From positions 76,014,001-76,078,000 of the forward strand of contig NC_058368.1 of assembly GCF_018350175.1 (NCBI RefSeq): a stretch of DNA of 64,000 bases, given 5' to 3'. Numbering within the stretch: position 1 is the first letter of the stretch; every line of letters begins with the position of its first letter. The notes under the pieces were generated by a model, which was not told where the DNA came from, ran no database searches, and worked only from the letters and a program-made list of their open reading frames with translations. Made by a program: the position numbers and the translations under genes. The stretch comes from Felis catus (lineage: Eukaryota). Shown one piece after another: positions 13,404 to 24,989 of this stretch.

Positions 13404-13940
13404 TGTTATGATGCATTTGATATGGGCCAAACTGACTCTGCCAAACTACGGCCCCCAGAATTCCATGGGCCAAACTGACTCTGCCGAACTACGGCCCCCA
13501 GAATTCCATCTGTTGTAAGTTTCCATCCAGGGGGGAGATCCTCCCAGGGAGATTCTCTCGAAGAGAATCAGGGAAAGAAGGACAACAGCTGCCATTTGGT
13601 AGTGTGCATGTACCTTTTCTTGCTCTTCCATCAAATGCTATTCCAGGTGCTGCTGTAGAGATCCAGAGAGAGGACTGAGGTCCCAAATCAGTTGATTTTG
13701 ATTGATTAAGTGGAATATTGTGCTTCCTGGGCCTGACTTAATCAGGTGGAGACTCCAGGAAGAAAGACCAAGTCCTCCCTGAAAGTCAGAGACTCTGAGT
13801 AGCAGCTGTGCTGGCAATTACTCTCTCTTCTCCTCCTTGATGCCCACCTGCAGACGTCAAGTTCAAGTCCATGTTCCTGGGATTTCAGCCTGCTCACTGG
13901 TATGCCCTCCTCTACTGGCCCTACTTCTCTGATTGAATAA
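13404..13940 (+). mobile_element. ERVL solo LTR, MLT2-like
   Basis: CATCAAATGCTATTCCAGGTGCTGCTGT, AATCAGTTGATTTTG and GGGCCTGACTTAATCAGGTG resemble MLT2 blocks. Confidence 0.7.
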
Positions 13941-13949
13941 TATCATTCA

Positions 13950-15820
13950 AGAATATTTTCAAAATTTGTGAATTATGTGCTGTATTTACATTCCTTATTT
14001 AGAAAATTGATCACATATACTTAATTTATTTTAATCTACAGTGAATTGGGATCTTTATACTCCTCCCAAATAATATAAATGGCATCACAACTCTTTTTCT
14101 TTAAATACTTATTTATTTTTGAAAGAGAGAGAAAGAGTGCAAGTGGGGAAGGGCAGAGAGAGAGGGAGACAGAGAATCCCAAGCAGGCTCTGCAATGACA
14201 GTAGAGAGCCCGATGCAGGGCTCGAACCCACAAATGGCAAGATCATGACCTGAGCCTGAGTCGGACCCTTAACCGACTGAGCCACCCAGGTGCCCCACAA
14301 CCCTTTTATTTCTATGCCTCACTTGAATAATATGCGGAGGGGGAGAATATTTTAATTCTACATTGTGGTTTTTTTTTTTTACTTATTCCATGAGGAAATA
14401 ATTTGGTTTTACAATGAACGTTTACTTAGATTCATCTCTACATGTTTACCGCCATGTTTTTGTTGTTGTTCTTTTTCCTTCCATGGCAGACCTTCCATCA
14501 GGGTCAACTTTCCTTCTGCTTGAAGTTCATAATATAAAATTACTTGTTATGCGTAATGAGGTCCTGCTGGTAACAAATGCTTTTAGTGTCATTCTAGCTT
14601 TTGTCCTAATGCTTGAAAATATCTTCGACTTAGTAGAGAATTCTGAGGTTGGCTGTTATTTTATCCTTCCACTTGCCACTTTCATTGCTGTTGTTCAGAA
14701 ATCAACTGCTGATTTAACTGTTTGTCCTTTCAGATCAGTTTCTTTTCATCTCTTTTGCTTACTGGTTACATCTATATGTTTCACCTGATTTTGGTATGCC
14801 CCAGTTTTACCCTTCATGTGTCTATATCTAAATATCTTTGTGTTTATACACTGGGAATTTGTTGCAATTCTTGAAACCGATTTTTGGTGTCTTTCCTTTG
14901 GTGCAATTTGGTGCGATTCTTGAAACCAATTCTTGGTGTCTCTCCTCAGTCCTGGAAAATGCTCTGTCATTATTTCCTCGAAGATGATCTCAACCCATCC
15001 TCTTTTCCTTCAAGGATGCTGATCCAACATCCATCCTTCTACGTCTCTGTTTACCACATTTCTTAGTTTCTCTGCTGTGTTCTTGTAATTTCTTCTGATT
15101 TTTTTCTGACTCGCTAATTCTCCCTTCACGTATTTTTAATGATGGTTGATTTTGTCTATGGACTCTTTTTAATGGTTTATATTTCACTTATACAAGTTCC
15201 CTTTGGTCTCTTTCAGGCATTTTAGATTCACCCCTACATGTAGATGTTTCCTTTCATATGCTTACCTTTTTCCCTTCGAACATAGTAAACACGGTTGTTT
15301 TCCAGGTCTGGTCGTTCCAGTATTTATACACTTTGTGGGCTGGTCTTGTTGGTTCTCCTTCACAGAGAATTCTCCACATGTGCTTGGTCAACGTGAACTC
15401 TGTGCTGCATGTCATGTCTGGAAACTGATTTGAAAAAAGTGAAGCCTGCGATAAAAGTGCCTCATTTCAGACATTAACGGCCTCTGCCTCTGTCACACCC
15501 AGGGTGGAGGCATGATCACCCTGAGACCACCTTAAACAAATTTATAGTTTGAGGGTCACTGAACTACCAAAGGCAATGTGCCTCTGGGTTGCAAATTTCT
15601 CGTTCACTTTTGATGCGGGCTTAGCTGAGGGAAGAGCTTTAAGTTTTCTGCTGCATTTGAGTAAGGTCTTCTACTAGAATCTCCAGCTTTTGAGAGATGG
15701 TGCTTTTAATTTCTGTCCCTCCAATCCCATGAATCCCTCAATGCAAAAACACAACTGTCTCCACGTTCACAACTACCACCATGGCAACAGCAGTTTCTAT
15801 GTTCAGCTTCCCTTCAGCTT
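13950..15820 (-). mobile_element. old L1 ORF1/5' remnant
   Basis: Antisense L1M-like motifs (GTCCTGCTGGTAACAAATGCTTTTAGT; GAAATCAACTGCTGATTTAACTGTT; GGAAAATGCTCTGTCATTATTTC). Confidence 0.65.
14095..14296 (-). mobile_element. CAN-SINE
   Basis: Antisense SINE; TSD CACAAC(T/C)CTTTT. Confidence 0.95.
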
Positions 15821-16265
15821 TGGCCCAGTAATTCCTCAAAATCCTTCTAGCCTAGACTCTCCCCATTCTTCCTCTGTCATGACACAAAAACTTCTGAGCG
15901 TGTGAATAAACGGAAACAGACTTACAGGTGGTGTGTGAAGGGAAGGGGCATGGTGGTAAGAGGCACTGGTCACGTCTGTGCTCCAGTGGAACCAGCCCCA
16001 AACACCCAAGGCTCCATGGTAGGGGCTGTGCAGGGTGTGAGAAAGAGAGATGACTGGGTAAATAAGCATGAATGCTATTCTTCTGATTATTTTCTCAGTC
16101 TGGATTATAACTTTGGGTAGTTTCAGTTTGGACCTGGATAACTTTCTGATTTTTATGATCCCTCCATTGACTGTCCAACCACCCCCATGCCTTTGACGTT
16201 TTATTATAATTAGCAGAGAAGGATGTACTTCATTCTTTATCTTTCACGTATGCTTTTTACCCTCT

Positions 16266-16466
16266 TTTATTTTTTAATGTTTACTTATTTTTGAGAGAAA
16301 GAGAGAGAGAGAGCAGATGACAGGTAGAGAGAGAGGGGACAGAGGATCCACAGTGGATTCTGTGCTGACCGCATAGAGCCTCATGCAGGGCTGGAACTCA
16401 CAAACCATGAGATCATGATCTGAGCTGAAGTCAGACACTTAACTGACTGGGCCACCCAGGTGCCCC
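16266..16466 (-). mobile_element. CAN-SINE
   Basis: Antisense SINE ending CACCCAGGTGCCCC. Confidence 0.93.
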
Positions 16467-16834
16467 TCCTCTTTACTCTCTTTTAAATGGATGAACCAAA
16501 CACACAAGACAAGAATGTCTTCCATTGCATCCATTATATCGTAAACACCATTGATCAGAGATTATGTTTGTTTTCTTTACCGCTTTGTTCTCCGCTGTCA
16601 ACACGTATTTTTTAGTAAACCTGAGAAAGCTGGGAATAGGGACACTTAATATCTATGCAATAAGAGAAAAGTGGATAGTAAAGGTAGGATAACAAAGTGT
16701 TGTGTGCACTTTATTTCCAGACCATGTTACAAAATCACAGATGTCTACCTACTTGGTAATGGTACACATATTAGAATTCTCAGAGCACCACATTTTAAAA
16801 CTCCCTGGCAACATATCAGCGATAATAAAAATAC

Positions 16835-17050
16835 AACGATGATAATCATCCTCTCATTTTTGAATTTGTTACAGTTCCTGTGTCAAGTCCTGGGCATGAG
16901 TAATATTTTATATTATCATCTTTATTCCTCACTAGAACATGACAACAGAGGATCTATTCTTTCAATTTTATATAGATAAACAGGATCAGAAATAAGTTGC
17001 CCTACAGACTCCAACCGAAAGCCAGGATTTGAACTCAGATCTGTCGGCTT
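16835..17050 (-). mobile_element. MIR relic
   Basis: CAATTTTATATAGATAAAC...AAGTTGCCC...GCCAGGATTTGAACTCAGATCTGTC. Confidence 0.7.
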
Positions 17051-18585
17051 AATTATATCTATATTGAAACTCAGAGTTTGAAAGTAAAAAACAAACTTGA
17101 GGATATCTGCTCAGGAAAAAAATTCACACTGCCAAGCGGACCCATATCTCCGCTGCTTCTAGACTTTGCTGGGTGGTTGGAGCAGGCTGCTGCAAGTAAT
17201 AACCTTGTGGAGAGTTTGGTTGGTTTAGTAATTTATCAGGCTTTTTCATGTGTTCAAGTTCTGTGGGCAATAATGCATATATTTATCAAATAAATAAATG
17301 GCCACACAACCCTCTGTATCCCTGAAAATGGCTGCCGTCACTGCCATTCTCAAGTTTCCCAGCCTACAAATACCTAAGTGCAGCGTCATGAACTATTTAT
17401 CTTAGATAGCCTTCCGGAACACATACATATTCTTTCATCATTTTGGCAAAACATTTCAGGTGTGGATAGTCAGACATTTATCTAGGAATGATGTTTTTCC
17501 ACCAAAGGCAAGTTCCACCCTGGTTCACATAGAGCTCCTCAGTGACTATGAAAACAGCTCTGTGTGTCTGTCTACATAGTGGGCATTACCAACTGTGCTA
17601 GTTAACATAGCTGTCAGAACTTGAACTCCTGGACTGTTTTGCTTTCCTGTGTTTAAATTGGCAACCTTCATGTTGCTTTACTACACTTTTGCATCTAATT
17701 GCCTAGAATTTTATATTAAGCAAAAGCGTAATTTCTGTGGAAATATGCATTCAAAAATATATAGAGAATGACATCATGCAGAAAGAATTTGCAAAGGGCA
17801 GAAAGAAACTTCAGCAGTTAATGTTTAGTTTTTCTGAATTTTATTTTCCACCAAAATGATTTTCCCCTTATGACTAATTATGATTCTGGTTTAAAAATGT
17901 ATTGCTAAAGGGATTTCTGCATATTTTACTCTAATCTCTTTCAAGAATCCAATGACTGCATTCAAAAATATTTGGGGGAAAATATTTAAATTAAAATGTA
18001 ACAAAATGTGAGCATATAAAAATTGTCTGTTATTAGGAGGTTTTAAACTATGCGTTCTATGCTAATTCATTCAAAGACAATAATTCTGGTTTAAATGATT
18101 TCTCAGAGTTCCCATTTATAAATTAGTTTTATTGGAAGTCACATGAGTTCTTTTCATTTCTTTGGGTACCACTTAAACTTAGTTCACTAAGTGGGTCTCC
18201 CAATGGCCTGAAAGAGCTGATGCAGCTACCAAAGTCATTTACCCAAAATTGGGGGAAAACCAGACAGAGGGTGCACTGGCCTCATTAATCAAAACTGACT
18301 CGAAATAGATATTATTTAAATGTATTTACATCAGTAAGGAATGGAGTGTCTATTAAAATCAATGTTATGCCAACATACTAAAATACACTAGAAAACTTAC
18401 AAATTTTAATTAATGCCAAATATTTAGATTTTTCCAAACCAAGTTTTTCTTTACTAAATACCATCGAACAAAGCTTTCATCTGTATTCTGTGTGCGTGAC
18501 AAAACTTATGAGCCACCCTGAGGATTATTCCACAGATTTTACATTTTATAAGAAATCATCTAAACTTAACATTGCTCTTTTGCAG

Positions 18586-18730
18586 CTGTTTGATTCAGAT
18601 GCCAGTTCTAAGGGCTTATATAATTAATGGCAGCCCATTGAATTTAATTTGCTAAGTACAGTAATCACAGTTAGTGTATTATATTTACAACAAAAGGCTA
18701 TACAAAAAATCATCAAAGTCTTGACTCCAG
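18586..18730 (+). other. candidate non-coding exon (145 nt)
   Basis: CTTAAC branch-like motif, attgctcttttgcag| acceptor, CAG|gtaagg donor; stops in all three frames. Confidence 0.3.
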
Positions 18731-19217
18731 GTAAGGAAATCTGTTGCTTCTTTCAACCCTTTTTGATAAACAAACCAGGTGTGTGTGTTTATTTATTTTT
18801 GTATACAATCATTAATTGAGCAGGGACTTTGAAGATCATCTTGCTTTAGGCTCCCATTCAATATAGTAATCTCCTCACTGATATCAGTGACCCACGGCCA
18901 CTGGGTCATTACGTGTTTCCAGTGATGAGAAACTCAACATTTTAAAAAAATGTTTCATTATTGCAGTTCATTAGTAGACTGATCTATTTTTATGAATCCC
19001 TTTATATTATTCCACGAAAATAAAAATCGTGTCATTCTTTTGGATGTATTATGCCTGTACAATTTTCAACAATCTCTAGCTCAGTAATTTCTACCGACAT
19101 AAGGAAACTTTTAAGTGATCCTTATTCAAATACAGGCAGAATGAGAAAAAAAATTAGGAGAAAGTATACTGTTCCCTACAGATGTAAAGTCTGCCTTCAG
19201 AATTAAGAATATACATC

Positions 19218-19479
19218 TTTGCTTTTGTTTCCCTTGCCTCTGGACCTTCTTTGTCTAGTAAGAAGGTGCTGCGGCCAAGGTCAAGAGGTTGCTGCCTGTG
19301 TTCTCCTGTTGGATTCTGATGGTTTCCTGTCTCACATTCAGGTCTTTCATCCATTTTGAGTTTATTTTTTTGTGTGGTGTAAGAAAGTGGTTCAGGTTCA
19401 TTCCTCTAAATGTTGTCCATCGTAGATGAATGGATAAAGATGGCGTGGTGACTGTGTATAATTATATGCATACAGATGT

Positions 19480-19519
<40 letters not shown>

Positions 19520-19959
19520 ATAATGGGGTATTATTCAGAGATGAAAAAGAATGCAATCTTGCCCTTTGCAACAATGTGGATGGAACTAGAGTGTATTACG
19601 CTAAGTGAAATAAGTCAGTCAGAGAAAGACAAATATCACATGATTTCTCTTATGTGGAATTTAAGAAACAAAACAGATGAACATAGGTGAAGGGAAAGAA
19701 GAACAAGACAAAAACAGAGAGGGAGACAAACCATAAGAGACTCTTAAATACAGAGAAGAAACTGAGGGTTGCTGGAGGGGAGCTGGGTGGGGGGATGGGC
19801 TAAATGGGTGATGGGCGTTGAGGATGGCACTTGTTGGCATGAGCACTTGGTGGCATATGTAAGTGTTGAATCATTGGGTTCTACTCCTGAAACCAATATT
19901 ACACTGTATGTTAACCAACTTGAATTTAAATAAAAGCAAAACAAACAAAAAAATAAACT
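19218..19959 (+). mobile_element. 5'-truncated, 5'-inverted carnivore L1
   Basis: Antisense ORF2 piece 19218-~19407 joined to sense ORF2 C-terminus (KKNAILPFATMWMELECITLSEISQSEKDKYHMISL), 3' UTR and A tail; TSD AAGAATATACATC (19205-19217, 19960-19972). Confidence 0.93.
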
Positions 19960-20011
19960 AAGAATATACATCCTCACTTCTACCAATCTTATAACCAAAA
20001 GTCAACATTTT

Positions 20012-20274
20012 AACATTTATTCATTTTTGAGAGACAGAGAGACAGAATACTAGCAGTGGTGGGGCGGAGAGAGAGGGAGACAGTATCTGAAGCAGGCTCC
20101 AGGCTCTGAGCTGTCAGCACAGAGCCCAACACTGGGCCGGAACTCACGAGCCATGAGATCATGACCTGAGCCAATGTCAGACGCTTAACCAACTGAGCCA
20201 CTCAGGCGCCTCCCACCTTTTTAAAAAAAAAAAAATTTTAATGTTTATTTATTTTTGAGACACAGAGTGCAAAG
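20012..20274 (-). mobile_element. CAN-SINE plus an extra SINE 3' fragment inside one TSD
   Basis: Full SINE 20012-20213 and tail fragment 20219-20274; TSD GTCAACATTTT (20001-20011, 20275-20285). Confidence 0.88.
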
Positions 20275-21126
20275 GTCAACATTTTGAAGGAAGGACCATC
20301 AATTTTGTTCTTAAGCATCTGAATATCCATGAGATGCAGGAAAATTACTGAAGCAAAAAGGCTTAATCATTGACACGTTGTTTTGTTTTCTTTTGTTTAA
20401 ATGAGGACACAGAGAAAAATCTGTCCTCCCCCCATGGTCTCCATGTCAGGAACGCGAGCCCAGATTATAGCAGGCTGAGTTCAGTTCAGTGTTTACTATA
20501 TCCAGCTCATCTCCGGAAAGCGCCCACAGCAGAACGAGGCCCAGAACCTTCCAAAGACTCAGAGCGCTGATTTAGAGACCACCCTCCAGTACTTTCAGTA
20601 GGTAGGGGAGAAGGCAGTTGGACGGATCATTTTCTCTGTACATTCCCACTTGGGAGTTAAATCTCTGCATCTGGAAAGAGGCTGATGAGGTGGGTCCAGG
20701 CACCAGCTACCCTCTTCCCATACTTCAACTAGGAAAGCTGCCTTTTATGCTTTCGTTTATAGGTTAGGTTAGATTTCCAAGAAAATTGTGATTTGAAAGA
20801 ATTATGCTGCTCCCATAAACTTGTGGAGCGGCTCCTATATTTCCCTGTGAAGAGTTTCCGCCTTTCCAGATAGCACGTTCTCTGTTACCATTTAAATCGA
20901 GAAGCGTGAGTCAGAAATGGCATGTATTTGTTTCCTAGTGGTTTACTTGTACAAACATATGCAGACGAATCAATCTCACTGATCACTTTACATCAGGTAT
21001 ACCAATAATTTATTTCAGTTCTTATACTCCTAGATAATGTCATAAAGATCCTTTTTCATGCAAAAATATTTTGTGCATTCTTCTTTCCTCCCAGCAAAAC
21101 CACAAATGGTTAAGAAAACGCAGAGA

Positions 21127-21347
21127 GGGGCGCCTGGGTGGCGCAGTCGGTTAAGCGTCCGACTTCAGCCAGGTCACGATCTCGCGGTCTGTGAGTTCGA
21201 GCCCCGCGTCGGGCTCTGGGCTGATGGCTCAGAGCCTGGAGCCTGCTTCCGATTCTGTGTCTCCCTCTCTCTCTGCCCCTCCCCCATTCATGCTCTATCT
21301 CTCTCTGTCCCAAAAATAAATGTTGAAAAAAAAATTTTTTTAAAAAA
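21127..21347 (+). mobile_element. young felid CAN-SINE (SINEC_Fc-like)
   Basis: CpG-intact head GGGGCGCCTGGGTGGCGCAGTCGG; perfect TSD AAGAAAACGCAGAGA (21112-21126, 21348-21362). Confidence 0.97.
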
Positions 21348-21402
21348 AAGAAAACGCAGAGAAAGTAAAAACTGATCATTTACTTTAGAAACAAAACATC
21401 CC

Positions 21403-21624
21403 GGGGCGCCTGAATGGCTCAGTCGGTTGGGCATCCGAGTTGGCTCAGGTCATGATCTCACGGTTCGTGGGTTCGAGCCCCATGTCGGGCTCTATGCTGA
21501 CAGCCTGAAGCCTGCTTCGGATTCTGTGTCTCTGTCTGTCTACCCCTTCCCCACTCAACTCTGTCTATCTCTTTCAATAATAAATAGACATTAAAAAAAA
21601 ATACAGGAAAACAATTTTTAAAAA
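21403..21624 (+). mobile_element. CAN-SINE
   Basis: TSD AGAAACAAAACATCC (21387-21401, 21625-21639). Confidence 0.95.
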
Positions 21625-21707
21625 AGAAACAAAACATCCAAAGCCTTAGAATTTAAAATACAGGAAATGATAAAAGCAAATAAACTAAAAAAAAAACTAA
21701 ACCAAAG

Positions 21708-21755
21708 TAAAATAAAATAAAATAAAATAAAATAAAATAAAATAAAATAAAATAA
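21708..21755. repeat. (AAAAT)n microsatellite
   Basis: Read directly from sequence. Confidence 0.95.
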
Positions 21756-23094
21756 AAAAGAAGTACCAGAAATAAAAACTTCACTACTAGGGGACCGGGA
21801 CAGAGGCCACAAAAAATAATTCTGTGAGAATACTTGGCTTCAGATTAAATGTAAGGTGGATATTCAGGGTGGCCGAACATCGTCTTATCTGAGCCCATAC
21901 TTTTATCCCTAGCTGTTACCTTCTATTGTTCAGAGACGATGTTGTGTAGGATAGATTGGCCACGGAGACACAGTGCAGACCCAGCGTAAGAATTTATTTG
22001 CTGCAACCCTGCATTCTTGTAATGTTCCTGTGGGTGCCCTTCAGAATAAAGTGGAAAGGAAACAGCAAAGTGACTCACTGTGTGATAAATGAATGTACCC
22101 AAAAACATGAGCCTGTAATTCCAGCCAGAATTACTGATTCAGACTTGTCAAGAAAAACATGAAAGAAAATAGAAAAGGTTTCTCACAATGCCAACTTAAT
22201 CAAAAGCCTTGAACACGATAATAAAAACATTGGACGGGGGAAAAAATGAAGATACCCAGCTGGTTTCCTGAGCGCAAGGAGATAAAGTTTGGAGGCAATA
22301 TGGATTCTGTAAGTAAAGGGGATAGATGTGGAGTCCAAATTGCTTTGCACCTCAAAATCAAGTCTTTAAAGTGAATTATCATCCAAGTACTTATCTCTCA
22401 GTTTACCTGGCATTTCTAAAATAAATAGAATCATAATTTTTAAAAGTGCATCAACTGAGCTCGGCTAGATTTTGAGCTCGGTTATGGGGAATTTGGGGTC
22501 ATTCATCTCTAAAGTTATTTGCACGCGCTGATGGACTCACAGGAAGAATTATGCCTTATGAGGGTTTTTTTGTTGGGAAGGAGAGGATTATTTGAGAGCA
22601 GATAAAGGAGTCGAGGCACCAAGGGAGATCAGAAAGTAATGGAGGGGACTGGTAAAGCTTTTCCTGTTGTTTTGAGCCCCGTGAAGAGAAAATGACCCAT
22701 TGGAAGTGGGCATGGCCACTTTCCTGCTAGAGTTTTGAGCCTCTGGCAAATAAGGGCTATTTTCAGGCACCACTGATGGAGGAGGGCGGGAGGAATGGCA
22801 GAGAGGAGTTTTCCCTGCTCGTGTAGGGTGTCACGTGTCACTTGCCATATTGGTGTGGTGGCTGTGGGACATCGGGAGCCAGCAGCAGCCTGGCCTAAAC
22901 AGCGCTCTTCCAATGGAATCATCTAAGAAACAACAGGAGGAGACACAGTAAGAGCCCACAGGAGACACTATCCAAGCAACTTCCAGGAAGGAGAGAATGT
23001 GCAGGGGACTGAGGCTCTCCAGCCAGACCTCAGGACCTGCAATAAGAATTCTACACAGTTTTTACAAAGTAGGTAGCTCTCAATGCAGACCTAC

Positions 23095-23439
23095 TACGAG
23101 GGTCTATTTTACATGTCAATTTGGAGCACAGTGCCCAGAAAGTTGATCAAACATAGCACTTCAGATATTGCTATAGAAGTATTTTGAAGATGAGATAACA
23201 TTTAAACCAACAGATGCTGAATAAAAGAGCTCACCCTCCACAACCCAGGTGGGCCTCTTCCAGTCTGCTGTAGACCATAAGAGAAAAAGATTCACATCTC
23301 CCACGACAGCCTTCAGACTCAGGCTTCAGCATGAAGTCTTCTGGGGTCTACACTCTGCTAGGCTTCCCTGCAGACTTCAGTCCTGCCAGCCCCACATACC
23401 CTATTTGTTCCGTTTCTCCGAAGAACCCTGACTAATACA
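23095..23439 (+). mobile_element. ERVL solo LTR, MLT2-like
   Basis: ATTTTACATGTCAATTTGG near start, TTTCTCCGAAGAACCCTGACTAATACA end; TSD CCTAC (23090-23094, 23440-23444). Confidence 0.88.
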
Positions 23440-23519
23440 CCTACCACGATCAGGCTCTTTTGGCATATCATTTCTAGCTTTAAACAGCCTGTCAAAATAT
23501 TTGTTAATGCACCACCACC

Positions 23520-23650
23520 CCCTCTTTATGGATGAGAAAACTGAAATTCAGAGAAATTAAGCAACTTGTCCAAATCGCAGAGCTAATACATTGTGGAGAG
23601 AAAATTAAGGCCATGTGTCTCTCACTCCAGAATCTCCACCTGCTACACTT
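23520..23650 (-). mobile_element. MIR relic
   Basis: TTTATGGATGAGAAAACTGAAATTCAGAGAAATTAAGCAACTTGTCCAA core. Confidence 0.85.
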
Positions 23651-23724
23651 GCTAAGTATTTTACTAAACAAGTGTGTGTATCACTGTAAAAGTCCCAAAA
23701 TGTATATCGTTCTTATTACATAGG

Positions 23725-23766
<42 letters not shown>

Positions 23767-23781
23767 CTATATCTATCTATC
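23725..23781. repeat. (TATC)n tetranucleotide microsatellite
   Basis: Read directly from sequence. Confidence 0.95.
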
Positions 23782-24149
23782 TTATTAGATTAGGTTATGT
23801 AAATTCTTATAACTCATTCAAGAGATTCACCAAAAAAATGCCAAAATATTAAGCAAAATATTAAGATAATCAAATAAGGAGATGATATTTTTCTCCTGTA
23901 TTTATAATGTCATTTTAAGGAAATCCTACCACGTAAGTCCAATGGAAAGAAGACACTAGACTGCAGAATGGGCCAGTACCTCTACATTCCATTGTTTAAA
24001 CCTTCATTTGAACTTTGATTGGAAAGAAACTTTTTTAAAGGAAATGATGAATTCTCAACGAAAAAAAAAATCAACCTTTTGGATGTATGATGTACTATCT
24101 TCCAACACATGGATCTTCATGGAAATTTTTGATCTTAAGACTCCATTTA

Positions 24150-24374
24150 GGGGCACCTGGGTGGCGCAGTCGGTTAAGCGTCCGACTTCAGCCAGGTCAC
24201 GATCTCGCGGTCCGTGAGTTCGAGCCCCGCGTCAGGCTCTGGGCTGATGGCTCAGAGCCTGGAGCCTGTTTCCGATTCTGTGTCTCCCTCTCTCTCTGCC
24301 CCTCCCCCGTTCATGCTCTGTCTCTCTCTGTCCCAAAAATAAATAAACGTTGAAAAAAAAAATTAAAAAAAAAA
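24150..24374 (+). mobile_element. young felid CAN-SINE (SINEC_Fc-like)
   Basis: CpG-intact; perfect TSD AAGACTCCATTTA (24137-24149, 24375-24387). Confidence 0.97.
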
Positions 24375-24989
24375 AAGACTCCATTTAACATCCATCAATA
24401 AAAAAATGTATTATAATAAATACAAGTGACATGGTCACCCGCGACCAAGAGAATTGTGTGTTTTTTGGCCTTCATCCCATATGATTGCTTGGAGAAAGGC
24501 ACATACATATGTGTGTGCATATATGTACATATGTATGTATATATAATCACATATCATAAATTATATATATGTATACATAGGCCATATGTGTGAATATATA
24601 CAACATATATTTTCTGTATTTTAAGTTCCTATTTAATGAGTAAAGGTAAAATCACAAGTTTTGTCAGATCTATAGTAAAATCGTGCCTTGATGATAGGCC
24701 CTCAGGAAAGGTTGAATGAATAATCCATTTCTGTAGACGTCTATTTCTTAGTGTGAAGAGAAAATTGAAACTCAAGGCACAGATTTTACTTCTTTCAACT
24801 TTTAACAAAACTTATTTTGAAAAAAAATTACATTTTTGTAAATTGAAAATATTTTTGTATGATTTCATGTAATATGCAATTATCTATGTTTACCAAAACA
24901 TATGTTCATAGAAGTTACATAAAATATCCCACTTTAGTATATCTCTTTAAAATTTTCAAGATACCGTAAAATATTTAAATACTTCAGCT

